Notes under the pieces: model-generated
Databases searched by the model: none
What the model was told of the DNA's origin: nothing
Seen by the model: only the letters and a program-made list of their open reading frames with translations
Program-made: the position numbers and the translations under genes
Source: Pseudomonadota bacterium
GTDB lineage: Bacteria; Pseudomonadota; Gammaproteobacteria; Burkholderiales; Burkholderiaceae_C
Direction: 5' to 3'
Length of the DNA: 64,000 nt
Assembly (NCBI GenBank): GCA_021846965.1
Contig: JAJZWA010000011.1
Coordinates: 244-64,243, forward strand
Shown here: in pieces, positions 63,310 through 64,000 of the stretch
Numbering within the stretch: position 1 is the stretch's first letter
How the letters are laid out: each line of letters opens with the position of its first letter

Positions 63310-64000
63310 TCACTTGACCAGGGGACGCACGGCGGTGAAGCCGCCGTCGACCGGCAGCACCTGGCCGGTGACCCGCGACGCTGCGTCCGACAGCAGCCAC
63401 TCGATGGCCGCCGCGACCTCGTCGGCGCCTTGCACGCCGCCCAGCGGGTACTGCCGAGCGGCGGCCTCGCGCTGCGCGGGCAGCTTGAGCATCCCGGCCG
63501 TCAGAGGGGTCTCCGTGAGGCCCGGCGCCACGGCGTTGATGCGCAGCCCCGAGGCCGCGTAGGTCGCCGCCGCGCTGCGCACCAGGGCCTCGACGCCGCC
63601 CTTGGCCGCCGCGATGGCTTCGTGATTGGCCGACCCCACCCGCGCCACCACGGAGCTGACCAGCACGGCCGCACCCGCCACCTGCGCCTCGCGCAGGGCC
63701 GAGGTCCAGGCTCGCAACACCGACAGCGCGCTGCCCAGGTTGACCTGCAGGATCTGCTCCCACTGCTCGGGCTGGGTACGGTGCAGCGGGGCGATGAGGG
63801 TACTGCCGACCAGATGGGCCAGCGCGGTCGGCACACCGACGCCGCGAATGCATTCCTGCACGGCCTCCTGCGCCTGCGCCGCCTGCGTGGTGTCGGCCAC
63901 GATGCGCAGTCGGGCCGGCACCTCGGCCAGGCGCTGCGGGTCGCGGCCCACCGCCACCAGCGTGTGACCGGCTTCGTGCAGGCGCTGCATCAGCGCCCGG
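63310..64000 (-). CDS. SDR family oxidoreductase, atypical (5' end beyond the window)
   Basis: AHLVGS, VNL, LVSSV, INAVAPGLTETP, SRVTGQVLPVDGG; the catalytic segment reads NHEAIAAAK. Confidence 0.85.
   Translation of the reverse strand, partial: RALMQRLHEAGHTLVAVGRDPQRLAEVPARLRIVADTTQAAQAQEAVQECIRGVGVPTALAHLVGSTLIAPLHRTQPEQWEQILQVNLGSALSVLRAWTSALREAQVAGAAVLVSSVVARVGSANHEAIAAAKGGVEALVRSAAATYAASGLRINAVAPGLTETPLTAGMLKLPAQREAAARQYPLGGVQGADEVAAAIEWLLSDAASRVTGQVLPVDGGFTAVRPLVK

Overview
A very GC-rich bacterial window with about 37 protein-coding genes. I saw no rRNA, tRNA, CRISPR array, integrase or transposase. Gene content (TsdA, a P3A-type H+-ATPase, a globin-GGDEF-EAL protein, an hmgA-fahA cluster) fits an acid-tolerant, sulfur-oxidising betaproteobacterium such as a Thiomonas relative; this is inference. 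Order along the window: (1) Lrp/dadA, a WYL regulator divergent from an amino-acid permease, and an SDR; (2) a LacI-controlled ribose-like ABC/kinase/mutarotase operon; (3) an MFS transporter and orphan solute-binding protein divergent from a TctD/TctE-like two-component system; (4) DJ-1/GlxA, a PLP dehydratase and an aldo-keto reductase; (5) two divergent c-di-GMP genes, a GAF-GAF-PAS-GGDEF-globin-GAF-EAL protein whose globin lacks the proximal His and a PTS-EIIC-EAL fusion; (6) a 13-bp tandem repeat, an MFS-acyltransferase fusion, TsdA, a second PLP dehydratase and a CoA-transferase; (7) the dominant feature, an apparent four-gene operon SapC -> 6,692-aa LktA-like TpsA -> TpsB -> fatty-acid-hydroxylase-family protein, with a 1,308-bp in-frame tandem duplication inside tpsA; (8) a P3A H+-ATPase and IclR convergent on MBL-hmgA-fahA; (9) an orphan WtpA/ModA-like binding protein divergent from a stand-alone monoheme SoxA/TsdA-like cytochrome, and a partial atypical SDR. 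The best candidate for an undescribed system is the SapC-associated giant two-partner secretion locus. All family calls come from motif recognition by eye; no database searches were run.
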